Source of the DNA: Candidatus Bathyarchaeota archaeon | GTDB lineage: Archaea > Thermoproteota > Bathyarchaeia > TCS64 | DNA length: 32,000 nucleotides | Direction of reading: 5' to 3' | NCBI GenBank assembly: GCA_037439685.1 | Contig: JBBIVO010000002.1 | Coordinates: 8,918 to 40,917 of the forward strand | Part shown: in pieces, positions 1 to 8,241 of the stretch | Position numbering within the stretch: the stretch's first letter is position 1 | Layout: every line of letters starts with the position of its first letter | Notes under the pieces: generated by a model | What the model was told of the DNA's origin: nothing | Database searches by the model: none | Seen by the model: only the letters and a program-made list of their open reading frames with translations | Program-made: the position numbers and the translations under genes

Positions 1-1
1 G

Positions 2-1408
2 TTGACTGAGGGGAGGCTGGTAGAATACTCGGACTGGGTCGTGCACGCTACAGCATATCAATGGGGATGGATCGATGAGGAGGGTGATCTAAGGCCTCTA
101 AGGCACCATATACCCCCTCAGACCCCCGTCTACCTTGCAGGGAGAGATGTGATAGAGAGATTTGTGAGGCCTGAGGGGGATTGGAGGCTCCTCCTTGGAG
201 TGGACCCATCCAGCGACCTGAAGGTCGAACTCGACGTCTATCACCTGATCAGGCAGTCATGCCTCATCTGCGGCTCCGTCGGCAGCGGCAAAACCACAAC
301 GGCCCTCTCCCTGATCTACAGGGCCTCCCTCCTCAACCCTCCCGTGAGGTTCTTCATCGTCGACAAGGATGGAGAGTACGCCTCCCTGGTTGAGAGGCTC
401 CCCCCTAACATGGCCATTAGGATCCCGTGGAGGAGCTTCTATCACCCCTCCGAGGTCTCGTGGGAGGACTACCTCTCCGAGTTCGGTTGGCAGAAGGCGT
501 GGTGGAACTCGAAGATCCTCTTCAGGGCCCTGAGGAACCTCTACTCGACTAGAAGCCCTGTGACCAAGGCAAACCTCAGGAGGGCCCTAAGGCTTGTGAC
601 CCCAGATTCGATAGGCTTTGGGAAGAAGGAGACGGAGTTCGAGAGCTATATGCAGCAGGTGGTGAACTCCATCAACGGCTCGAGGCTTATCCCAGAGGCG
701 GAGACCACCCCAATAGATCCCGTCGAGCTGCTTGAGAGCCACAGGGTCGTGATCATGGATCTATCCCATGGGAGGGACACCTGGCCTCAGAAACAGACGG
801 TGATAGCCCAGGTTTTGAGGAGGGTCTTCAACGAGGCCTTGGAGAACAAGCTCTTCGGCTGCATAATCGTATTGGAGGAGGCGATGTACTATGCCCCGCA
901 GCGAGGGGTCTTCGAGATAGGGACGAAGGAGAGCAGGTCCAGGCTCCTGAGCATCCTGAAAGAGATAGCTACGAATGGGGGGAGGAACGGGGTTGGATTG
1001 TGGATCGTGACCCAGAGGCTCGCGACGGTCGATAAGACCGTAGTAACCCAGTGCGCCAACAACGTCATATGCCACTCCCTTGAGGACCTGGATAGACAGA
1101 GGCTGGCGGAGATCGTTGGAGGGGAGTTCGCAAACCTCTTAGGCGACCTCCCGAGAGGAGAGGCCGTCGTTAAGGGGACAGCCCTTAAATGCAGGTTTCC
1201 CGTATGGGTCAGGGTTCTACCCGAGGTGTTTCCAGGATCCTCGACCTCAAGCCCATTATCGAGATTCAGAAAGATGGAGGCCCAAAACCAGGGGTTGGCC
1301 CAGCCTCTCAGGCCAACCCTACCTCCATTAGATGGAGCTATTAGGGCGCAGAGCCTGCGCCCACTCGTTAAAGCGGCCTCCCCTGATGATATGCTGTTTA
1401 GGGGATAG
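2..1408 (+). CDS. HerA/FtsK-like P-loop ATPase (DUF87-type), probably 5'-truncated by the window edge
   Basis: ORF is open from base 2 and has no ATG at the listed start. Walker A 'GSVGSGKTTT' and Walker B-like 'IIVLEEA' are present. The N-terminal barrel-like region preceding the P-loop matches HerA-like ATPases. The tail after about aa 410 is Pro/Ser-rich and low complexity. Confidence 0.6.
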   Translation: MTEGRLVEYSDWVVHATAYQWGWIDEEGDLRPLRHHIPPQTPVYLAGRDVIERFVRPEGDWRLLLGVDPSSDLKVELDVYHLIRQSCLICGSVGSGKTTTALSLIYRASLLNPPVRFFIVDKDGEYASLVERLPPNMAIRIPWRSFYHPSEVSWEDYLSEFGWQKAWWNSKILFRALRNLYSTRSPVTKANLRRALRLVTPDSIGFGKKETEFESYMQQVVNSINGSRLIPEAETTPIDPVELLESHRVVIMDLSHGRDTWPQKQTVIAQVLRRVFNEALENKLFGCIIVLEEAMYYAPQRGVFEIGTKESRSRLLSILKEIATNGGRNGVGLWIVTQRLATVDKTVVTQCANNVICHSLEDLDRQRLAEIVGGEFANLLGDLPRGEAVVKGTALKCRFPVWVRVLPEVFPGSSTSSPLSRFRKMEAQNQGLAQPLRPTLPPLDGAIRAQSLRPLVKAASPDDMLFRG

Positions 1409-1463
1409 GCTCGAGGGGTTGAATCCTCCTCGGCCAGCTCCCCTCTCCTGGGCTGCTCTGATA

Positions 1464-2384
1464 ATGCTGATTAACATCCTCCACAAGGGTACTCCTGGTG
1501 ATCCGTTGGCAGCATCGAGGATCGGTGAGAGCCCGATCAGGGTTGGATGCATCCAATTTGAGCCTAGGGTGGGGGAGAAGGAGGAGAACCTGAAGGGGGT
1601 CCTCAGGCTGGTTGAGGAGGCTGCTGGTAAAGGAGCCGGCCTGATCCTCCTGCCAGAGCTTGCCAACACGGGGTATGTCTTCGAGTCGAGGAGGGAGGCC
1701 TATGAGCTATCCGAGGAGGTTCCCGAGGGCGAGACGGTGAGGGAGTGGGTCGATCTCTCAAAGAGCCGAGGGGTCTATCTTGTGGGCGGCATCGCCGAGA
1801 GGGATGGGGGGGCGCTTTATAACACCTCTGTCATGGTCGGGCCTGAGGGATATCTCGGCAAGTATAGGAAGCTCCACCTCTGGGACAGGGAGAAGCTCTT
1901 CTTCGAGCCTGGGGACGTGGGCCTCCCAGTCTTCCAGACCCCCATCGGCAGGTTGGCCATGGCCATCTGCTACGACCTCTGGTTCCCCGAGACCGTGAGG
2001 ATATACTCCCTCAAGGGGGCCGACATGGTCCTTATGCCGACGAACTGGGTCTGCGTCGAGGACATGGTTAAGGAGGGGCGCCTGGTCGAGGCCCTCTGCG
2101 TAGCCCAGGCCCACATGAACGGCGTCTACGTCGCCGCAGCTGATAGGGTAGGGGTTGAGAGAGGTCAACGTTTCCTCGGGAGGAGCATGGTGGTCTCTCC
2201 GAGGGGTGGGATCCTGGCAGGTCCAGCCAGCTATGAGGATGAGGAGGTGATCTACGCCGACCTCAACCTCACCGATTCCAGGCTTAGGAAGAGGAGGACA
2301 AGCCTGAACCACATCATCCTGGACAGGAGGATCGACGTATACGGCGCCCTCCTAGGCCTCGATGAGCCCCCCTTCAGCTGGTAG
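1464..2384 (+). CDS. Carbon-nitrogen hydrolase (nitrilase superfamily)
   Basis: Glu-Lys-Cys triad context is present: 'FEPRVGEKEEN', 'YRKLHLW', 'AICYDLWFPE'. The track ORF starts at 1332 but overlaps the upstream gene. ATG at 1464 is the first start after the upstream stop (1408). Confidence 0.8.
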   Translation: MLINILHKGTPGDPLAASRIGESPIRVGCIQFEPRVGEKEENLKGVLRLVEEAAGKGAGLILLPELANTGYVFESRREAYELSEEVPEGETVREWVDLSKSRGVYLVGGIAERDGGALYNTSVMVGPEGYLGKYRKLHLWDREKLFFEPGDVGLPVFQTPIGRLAMAICYDLWFPETVRIYSLKGADMVLMPTNWVCVEDMVKEGRLVEALCVAQAHMNGVYVAAADRVGVERGQRFLGRSMVVSPRGGILAGPASYEDEEVIYADLNLTDSRLRKRRTSLNHIILDRRIDVYGALLGLDEPPFSW

Positions 2385-2396
2385 ACGGCGGGCTCC

Positions 2397-3380
2397 TCAG
2401 AGCTTCAGAAGCCTAGCTGCGTTCTCCCCAAGGATCCAACCCTTCTCATCCTCCCCTATCCTGAGCCTCATGACCCTCTCAACAGCCCTCTCTATGTCTC
2501 CTATCTGGTGGGGGTGGTCGCTCCCCAGCACGATCTTTCCGGCGCCCGAGAAGGCGTACGTCGACATCAGTACATCCTCGTCGTAGCAGATGGAGTCCAT
2601 CCATATCTCCCGAAGGTATCGGGAGGGGGGCTCGGAGATCTCGGCCTTGCACTCCGGGTAGGCCTCGAATCCGCGGTCTATCCTCCCCCTTAGGTAGGGG
2701 AAGACCCCTCCGAGGTGGGAGGCCACGAGCTTCAGCCCAGGCAGCCTCTTAAGGACACCGCTGAAGACCAGCCTTAGGATGGAGAGGGTGGTATCAACCC
2801 CGAAGCCAAGGATGGGGACAAGCCTGTAATCTCCCATGGCCTTCTGGTTGATGGGGCTTGCGGGATGGATGAACAAGGGAACATCAAGCTCGACGGCCTT
2901 CCCGTAGACCTGAAGGAAGGGCTCCCAGTCTAGGGGCCTCCCATCCACGTTAGACATCAGTGTGGCCCCCCTCAGCCCGCACTCCTTCACCGCCCTCTCG
3001 AGCTCCTCGGCAGCCGCCTGCGGGTCCTGCATCGGCAGGGCGGCTAGGGCTGTGAACCTGTCCGGATGCTTCTCCACTATCCTTCCAAACTCGTCGTTTG
3101 TCACCCTTGCAAGCCTTATGCCCCTCTCGGCCGACTCCCTCTCCACGCCTGGTGTGGTGAGGGTGAGGACCTGCATATCTACCCCGAACCTGTCCATGTC
3201 TTCGATCCTCTCCTCTAGGTTGATGTGGGAGCCGGCAACTATGTTATAGTCCCCCTCATAGCTGATGATCGTTCTTCCCCTCTCATCCGTTGAAAGGGAG
3301 GCGAAGCCCACCCCCCTCCTCAACTCCTCCAAGTAGGCTCTCGGGTAGAAGTGGCTGTGAAAATCTATTATCAGGCCCAT
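2397..3380 (-). CDS. Amidohydrolase-2 family metal-dependent hydrolase/decarboxylase (ACMSD-like)
   Basis: N-terminal 'IIDFHSHFYP' and C-terminal 'GSDHPH' metal-ligand motifs, with TIM-barrel length (327 aa). Convergent with the nitrilase gene. Confidence 0.75.
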   Translation of the reverse strand: MGLIIDFHSHFYPRAYLEELRRGVGFASLSTDERGRTIISYEGDYNIVAGSHINLEERIEDMDRFGVDMQVLTLTTPGVERESAERGIRLARVTNDEFGRIVEKHPDRFTALAALPMQDPQAAAEELERAVKECGLRGATLMSNVDGRPLDWEPFLQVYGKAVELDVPLFIHPASPINQKAMGDYRLVPILGFGVDTTLSILRLVFSGVLKRLPGLKLVASHLGGVFPYLRGRIDRGFEAYPECKAEISEPPSRYLREIWMDSICYDEDVLMSTYAFSGAGKIVLGSDHPHQIGDIERAVERVMRLRIGEDEKGWILGENAARLLKL

Positions 3381-3474
3381 TGCAGCCTACTCTATCCCAG
3401 GTCCTGGATAAAAATCGATTGGATGGATGGAAACGGCCTAGAAGAGGGAGGTTATAAATAGTCATGGTATAGGT

Positions 3475-4104
3475 CTACGAGAAGAGCCCCTTAAGATATT
3501 GGGAGAAGCCCCTTCTCCCCGCTAGGCCGGCGAGGAGCAGCCCCACCATCACCATCTCTATGAACGCCTTTATGAGGATCTGGAAGGCCAGCATCCTAGC
3601 TATCAACCCCGGTAGCCCGAAGGCTATCGGAAAGATGTAGATGAAGAGGAGGGCTGTGTAGGCCCCCTCCGGGATATAGGAGGCTACCGTGGCTGGAACC
3701 ATTATGAGCCTCCGGTTCGAACCGGAGCCCAGCCTTCGGAGTAGGAGGCCCCCAGTCAATCCGGTGAGGGCCTTTCCGAGGGGGAGGCCGAAGCCCGTTA
3801 TCAGGTTCCCCTTCGAGAAGCCGAACTCGTAGGAGGCGATGAGCCCTCCGACCAGCCCTGTGAGGCAGCCAGTGGGGGGCCCTCCGAAGAAGGCGGCTAG
3901 GAAGGTTGCCATATGGGAGAGGTCTAGGGCTATGGAGATGCTTATTGGGCCTAGGGGGAGGGAGGGGATTAGGGGGGCCACCCTTACGGAGAGGAGGGAG
4001 AGGGCATTTCCAAGGGCTCCGAGAAGCCCGGTCACGGCGATCCTCTTCGATGACCAAGCCCTCATCATGGACACCTCGATAGGCCCCATATCCGCTATCA
4101 CCAA
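3475..4104 (-). CDS. Polytopic membrane protein (ECF S-component-like?), function unknown
   Basis: 209-aa ORF made of Gly/Leu/Ala-rich hydrophobic segments (about 5-6 predicted TM helices by eye). Several alternative Met starts (M6, M13, M14). The family assignment is not secure. Confidence 0.5.
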   Translation of the reverse strand: MVIADMGPIEVSMMRAWSSKRIAVTGLLGALGNALSLLSVRVAPLIPSLPLGPISISIALDLSHMATFLAAFFGGPPTGCLTGLVGGLIASYEFGFSKGNLITGFGLPLGKALTGLTGGLLLRRLGSGSNRRLIMVPATVASYIPEGAYTALLFIYIFPIAFGLPGLIARMLAFQILIKAFIEMVMVGLLLAGLAGRRGFSQYLKGLFS

Positions 4105-4195
4105 TTTAAGAGTTTCTACTAAAAAAGGAGTAAACTACGGATCGGCCTCGATATGGAGCAGATTAAATGGGGGAGAGTCCCCTAGACCCTCGGGG

Positions 4196-4723
4196 ATGTC
4201 GGTATACGTCTTTAGGCTCGGCCATAGGCCCAAGAGGGATGAGAGGATAACAACCCACCTCATGCTCGTGGCTAGGGCCTTCGGGGCCTCAGGGGCCTAC
4301 TACAGCGGGGTTAGAGACCCCTCCATGGAGGGGTCCATCAGGAGGGTATGCGAGAACTGGGGGGGAAGGTTCAGCCTTGAGTACGTTTCAGACTGGAAGA
4401 GGAGCGTGAGGCGCTGGAGGGAGACGGGCAGGGTGGTCCACCTCACCATGTACGGCCTCCCCCTGACGGAGTTGATCCCCCTCATAAGGTCGGATCCCCA
4501 TCCCAAGCTGGTGGTTGTAGGGGGGGCAAAGGTTCCTGGGGAGGCCTTCAGGCTGGCGGACTGGAACATATCGGTAACCTCCCAACCCCACTCGGAGGTG
4601 AGCGCCCTGGCGGTTTTCCTCCACGAGCTCTATGAAGGGAAGGAGCTCAGCCTCACCTTCGAAGGGGCGAGGCTGAGGGTAGTCCCCCAGGCCAGGGGGA
4701 GACGGGTTGAGGCCCTTAGATAG
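4196..4723 (+). CDS. trm56: tRNA (cytidine56-2'-O)-methyltransferase aTrm56 (SPOUT)
   Basis: From ATG 4196 the product reads 'MSVYVFRLGHRPKRDERITTHLMLVARAFGA...', the characteristic aTrm56 N-terminus, and is about 175 aa. The 119 codons upstream in the track ORF are antisense to the membrane-protein gene and are discarded. Confidence 0.85.
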   Translation: MSVYVFRLGHRPKRDERITTHLMLVARAFGASGAYYSGVRDPSMEGSIRRVCENWGGRFSLEYVSDWKRSVRRWRETGRVVHLTMYGLPLTELIPLIRSDPHPKLVVVGGAKVPGEAFRLADWNISVTSQPHSEVSALAVFLHELYEGKELSLTFEGARLRVVPQARGRRVEALR

Positions 4724-4907
4724 GAGAGCATCGAGGGGAGGCCACTCGATGAGGTGTGGTCGGCTGTGCCGCTGAAAAGCCTTTAGGGTCTGTGCGCATA
4801 TCCCATATGATCCTCACAATAAAGGGGAGCTTGCGCCTACCGCCTCCCCTTACGAGCCTGTTGTCTGAGCATCCCTTCCTACACCGTTTAAAGATTTAAG
4901 TCTCCTC

Positions 4908-5459
4908 ATGTTTATGATATTTGGAAAGGAAAGCACCTGCGAAGGATGGGCCTTGAACAGCAATGAGGAGAACCTTCTAGAGTTAGCAGGGCTCCTCGGA
5001 GGCAAGGAGGGGGTGGAGATAGTCAAGGCCTTATGTGAGAGTGGGGAGGTCACCGTCGAGGAGATCTCTGCCAAGACAGGGATCCAGATAAACACCGTTA
5101 GGAGGCTGCTCTACAAGCTCTATAATCATAGCCTAGTTACGAGCAGGAGGTCAAGGGATAAGGATACAGGTTGGTTCATCTTCCAGTGGAGGCTTCAACC
5201 AGAGCTCGTAGACGCCTATATCCAGAGTATGAAGCAGAAGATCCTGAAGAAGCTTAAGACGAGGCTTGAGTACGAGCGACAACACGAGTTCTACCACTGC
5301 GGCTCATCCGGCTGCCCGAAGGTCGCCTTCGAGGTGGCCATGGAGACCCTCTTCAAGTGCCCATCATGCGGAAAGCCCCTGAATCCCATGGATAATCTGG
5401 CTTCTATAGAGTTCCTGGAGAAGAAGATAGAGGAGCTTGAGGAGGAGCTGAAGGCTTGA
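4908..5459 (+). CDS. tfe: Transcription factor E (TFIIE-alpha homologue)
   Basis: Winged-helix region 'VEEISAKTGIQINTVRRLLYKLYNHSLV' followed by Zn-ribbon 'C..SGC...(17)...CPSCG'. TATA-like 'TTTAAAGA' lies at 4888-4895, so the real start may be the second ATG (4914). Confidence 0.8.
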   Translation: MFMIFGKESTCEGWALNSNEENLLELAGLLGGKEGVEIVKALCESGEVTVEEISAKTGIQINTVRRLLYKLYNHSLVTSRRSRDKDTGWFIFQWRLQPELVDAYIQSMKQKILKKLKTRLEYERQHEFYHCGSSGCPKVAFEVAMETLFKCPSCGKPLNPMDNLASIEFLEKKIEELEEELKA

Positions 5460-5983
5460 AGACCCCCGAGAGGGAGGAGGCCATAAATATCCTGAGGAGG
5501 GCTGGATGCAGCCCACCCCTTATAGAGCACTGCATGAGCGTGTGCAAGATCGCATTGGAGATCGCTGAGGAGATCAGGAGAAGGGGGATAGAGGTGGAAA
5601 TGCCTCTCGTGGAGGCGGGGGCCCTCCTCCACGACATAGGGAGATGTAGAACCCACTCAGTCGAGCACGGGGCTATAGGTGGAGAGATGGCCAGGAAGAT
5701 GGGCCTACCCGAGCCCCTGGCGAGGATAATAGAGAGGCATGTGGGGGGAGGGATCACCCCAGCTGAGGCTGAGAGGATAGGCCTGGAGAGGAGAAACTAT
5801 ATGCCTGAGACGCTGGAGGAGAAGATCGTTGCTTACGCGGATAAGCTCATCGAAGGGGATAGAAGGATCCCGATAGAGGAGACCGTGGAAAAATTCGCTG
5901 AGGAGCTCGGATGGGAGCACCCGGCGATAGACAGGCTCAGAGCCCTCCACGAGGAGATGTTGAGGCTCATCAACCCGAGATGA
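5456..5983 (+). CDS. HD-domain (HDIG-type) metal-dependent phosphohydrolase
   Basis: 'LLHDIGR' and 'ERHVGGG' motifs. TTG start overlaps the tfe stop (TTGA), suggesting co-translation with tfe. Confidence 0.75.
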   Translation: MKTPEREEAINILRRAGCSPPLIEHCMSVCKIALEIAEEIRRRGIEVEMPLVEAGALLHDIGRCRTHSVEHGAIGGEMARKMGLPEPLARIIERHVGGGITPAEAERIGLERRNYMPETLEEKIVAYADKLIEGDRRIPIEETVEKFAEELGWEHPAIDRLRALHEEMLRLINPR

Positions 5984-6003
5984 GAGAGATAGCAGAACAG
6001 GAG

Positions 6004-6078
6004 GGGCCGGTCGTCTAGCCTGGTCGGGACGCTGCCCTTACGAGGCAGAGGTCGCCGGTTCAAGTCCGGCCCGGCCCA
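6004..6078 (+). tRNA. tRNA-Val (anticodon UAC), no encoded CCA
   Basis: Hand-folded cloverleaf. Acceptor GGGCCGG/CCGGCCC, D stem GTCT/GGAC, anticodon stem CTGCC/GGCAG with loop CTTACGA, variable loop AGGTC, T arm GCCGG-TTCAAGT-CCGGC, discriminator A. Confidence 0.9.
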
Positions 6079-6083
6079 CTAAA

Positions 6084-6089
6084 TTTTTT
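6084..6089 (+). terminator. Oligo-T tract downstream of tRNA-Val
   Basis: T6 run 6 nt after the tRNA 3' end. Oligo-T tracts are the usual archaeal termination signal. Confidence 0.4.
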
Positions 6090-6127
6090 AAGCGAATCCT
6101 TATATTCTTGAAGTCCCCTCATCACTT

Positions 6128-6364
6128 TTGATGGGTATGATGTCTAAGTATGTGCATTTGTTGGAGGATGCGGATGTTAAGCGTTGGTTTGATAATTTGG
6201 CCGCTAAGTCTGTTGTGACTGCTACTGTTTATCTTAGGACTTTGGGCTTCTTCTGTGAGCTTAATGGGATGAGCCCAAAGGCGATTTTGAAGGTTGCCGG
6301 AACTAAGACTTTCAGGGACAGCTTCACTGATTTTGTTAGGAGGAAGGCTGGGGAAGCGGAGACC
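6128..6364 (+). pseudogene. Tyrosine-recombinase (integrase) N-terminal fragment, fused in frame to an unrelated gene remnant
   Basis: 'SKYVHLLEDADVKRWFDNLAAKSVVTATVYLRTLGFFCELNGMSPKAIL' resembles the N-terminal SAM-like domain of archaeal integrases (recalled pattern '..DV.RWY.NLARGS..TA.VYLRRLG.FC'). No catalytic domain follows. It lies 50 nt from a tRNA 3' end. Confidence 0.55.
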
Positions 6365-6943
6365 GTTAGCGAAGAGGTTCTTGCCATTATTGAATGCAAC
6401 AACTGTTTTTGCTGATGGTGTACAGGTCGCGACGGGCTGCACCCTCGGGAATAACTGTCTAGCATATCTCGATACTGGAAAAACGCGTTGACGCTGGTGA
6501 GAAGGAGCGATCGGAAGGGGGTCAGGGTTTACATTGACGGAGAAAAGCTTCGTGAGAAACACTTCCGGGGGGAGGCATTGGAACTTTTTGATAAGGTTGT
6601 TGTTAGGAGGGAGGGAACCCCGGAAGACGCTGAAAAATTGCGGAAAATGTGGACGGAGATAGGGTACGCCATGGGCGAAATCCCTGAGGAAGAGTTCAAG
6701 ATCGAAGAAGTTAACGTGAGCGAGATCGAGAGGGCGCCCATCTTCGAGAGCATTAGATGCGAAAGATGCGGGGAGCTGGCCATGAAAACCCGCATACGCT
6801 ATATCGACGGCAAACCATTTTGCCTCAGCTGTATAGGCGAATGCGACGCCCTCGTCGGGAGAGGCATAGTGCAACGCTTCAAAATTCCATTTTCACGGGG
6901 TGAAGGTTATGAGGAAGGGTTTAAACAGGCGCTCAAGGCATAA
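6365..6943 (+). pseudogene. FmdE-like protein remnant lacking its N-terminus, with two compensating frameshifts
   Basis: Pieces in frames 2/0/2 join into 'LAIIECNNCF|ADGVQVATGCTLGNNCLAYLDTGKT|LTLVRRSDRKGVRVYIDG...' plus a C-terminal Zn ribbon 'CERCGE...CLSC', the FmdE-family pattern. The shifts sit at T5 (6406-6410) and A5 (6479-6483). Confidence 0.55.
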
Positions 6944-7070
6944 TTCTGATAGCGGCCATAATCGCCGCGGGCTCCTTCGCGATTAGGCGCCATCTGCCCG
7001 CCGACCGCACATCCCATTCAGAAAGCTATGTGGATATTCTTTGCAGAAATGGATCAGCCCATGGCGCAGT

Positions 7071-7232
7071 GGCGTGTCCAAAAATGTTTAATAGACCTGT
7101 CTTTGACCGTATTTTTCACCTTTATCCAGTCTTCAGCCTTCCTCCTCAACCAGCCGAAAGAGAAGAGGCCTCTCCTCCCCCCATCATTTCAGCCTAGAAA
7201 ACAGAATTTCGTAAGCAATTATTGGACACGCC
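7071..7232. mobile_element. MITE-like non-autonomous element (162 bp) with terminal inverted repeats and target-site duplication
   Basis: Left end GGCGTGTCCAAAAATG (7071-7086). Right end reverse-complements to GGCGTGTCCAATAATT (7217-7232), giving 11 perfect and 14/16 total matches. It is flanked directly by CATGGCGCAGT at 7060-7070 and 7233-7243. No ORF inside. Confidence 0.6.
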
Positions 7233-7247
7233 CATGGCGCAGTAAAC

Positions 7248-7520
7248 TTAAGGCTTCACCTCCTTGAGATTATTGAGCATTCTACATGGCTCTGGCTCTA
7301 GGCTTAGGCTGCAGGGAGGCCTCCCAAGGGTCATGTGGTACCTAACCCAGTTGTAGTAGGCCTGCCAGGCTTTGAGCCATGCCTCGGCTGTTTTTAGGGT
7401 CTTCCCAGGGAATCTTATCTCGAAGTCCTTAGGCGACCTGTACCTCCCTGCTCAGCCTTTTCATGAGGCTGTGGACCCTCCATGCTGGACCTGGCGGCGG
7501 AGGCCCAGCTTAGGCACGGT
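7248..7520 (-). pseudogene. Transposase C-terminal remnant (DDE-type, family undetermined), with frameshift and stops
   Basis: Minus-strand translation gives '...RSPKDFEIRFPGKTLKTAEAWLKAWQAYYNWVRYHMTLGRPP...*'. The 'YN..R.H..L' tail is typical of DDE/rve transposases. Upstream '..AWRVHSLMKRLSRE' is in another frame and is preceded by stops. A partial TIR copy (TTATTGGACC, 7560-7569) lies just beyond it. Confidence 0.35.
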
Positions 7521-7665
7521 TCAATGTACCATTGGCCCCATCTACCACAACCTTAAAGGTTATTGGACCATGGATTGATCCCAAAAACCTTTTTATCCAC
7601 ACTCGAAGGAACATCTTTTGTGATTGATTTGCCCGATGAGGTTGTTGAGAGGTTTATTAGATTTT

Positions 7666-8241
7666 ATGAAAGTGACTTTGGAAAAAAAAATATTATTAAA
7701 GGAAGTTGAATATATTTTTAATGAGATAAGGGATTTTAATTTGGTTCTTGATGTTGGATGTGGTATAGGTGAATTTGAAAAATATCTTTTGAGTTTTGAC
7801 ATCATGGGATTGGATGTTTCAGAGGATATGATTAGAGTTGCAAGGAAGAGAAGCAATGCGGTTTTCATTATAGGTGATGCAAAAAATCTCATGATTAGGG
7901 AAGATAAAATAGATGTTGTATTTTCTGTAGCTACTATAGAATTTTTGGAAGATTATTTAAGTGTTATAAAAGAAATTTATAGGGTATTGAGGAAAAATGG
8001 GAAAATGTTGGTAATGATTTTGAATCCTAGATCAGAATATTTTAATGAAGAGATAAGAGATCCTGACGATTACTTTAGAAGAATAAAAATTAATGGTTTA
8101 AATGAAATTAGGAAAATTATTTCTGAAGTCTTTAGAATAGTTAGAGAAGAATATTTTTTGGGGATTAAGGGTGATGAAATATTTGAAACAGATGATGAGA
8201 GATATGCCGCAATGTATCTCATAGTGGGATTAAAGGAGTGA
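7666..8241 (+). CDS. Class I SAM-dependent methyltransferase (Methyltransf_11-like) in AT-rich foreign DNA
   Basis: Motif I 'VLDVGCGIGEF' and post-I 'GLDVSEDM' are present. Single lines count 20-32% GC against about 58% in the flanks. ATG 7666 is the first ATG after the A9 tract frame problem (see findings). The track ORF uses TTG 7624. Confidence 0.7.
   Translation: MKVTLEKKILLKEVEYIFNEIRDFNLVLDVGCGIGEFEKYLLSFDIMGLDVSEDMIRVARKRSNAVFIIGDAKNLMIREDKIDVVFSVATIEFLEDYLSVIKEIYRVLRKNGKMLVMILNPRSEYFNEEIRDPDDYFRRIKINGLNEIRKIISEVFRIVREEYFLGIKGDEIFETDDERYAAMYLIVGLKE

Noticed and set aside
1758-2312. Long antisense or overlapping ORFs throughout the window (e.g. 1758-2312, 8487-8963, 14345-14866, 20447-21169, 27682-28200, 29573-30541).
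   Set aside because: They lie opposite or out of frame to genes with clear family motifs. Their products are Pro/Arg/Gly/Ser-rich and low complexity, as expected for stop-poor alternative frames in GC-rich, GAG/GGN-rich coding DNA.
3839-4195. N-terminal extensions of track ORFs (3839-4195 before trm56, 1332-1463 before the nitrilase, 26569-26799 before tusA-like, 19166-19390 before the PflX-like gene, 29463-29636 before the amidohydrolase).
   Set aside because: The extensions overlap neighbouring genes or promoter DNA and have no counterpart in the recognised protein families. Internal starts give canonical N-termini.
4760-4870. Possible C/D-box sRNA upstream of tfe (GATGAG ... CTGA ... ATGATCC ... 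CTGA).
   Set aside because: The boxes are degenerate and spread over about 100 nt, roughly twice the size of archaeal C/D sRNAs. There is no terminal stem.
6044-6078. Search for a direct repeat of the tRNA-Val 3' half (attR) to delimit the integrated element.
   Set aside because: No convincing second copy was found by eye in 6.1-14.3 kb. A T-loop-like string near 14030-14060 does not form a T arm. The island's right border therefore remains compositional only.
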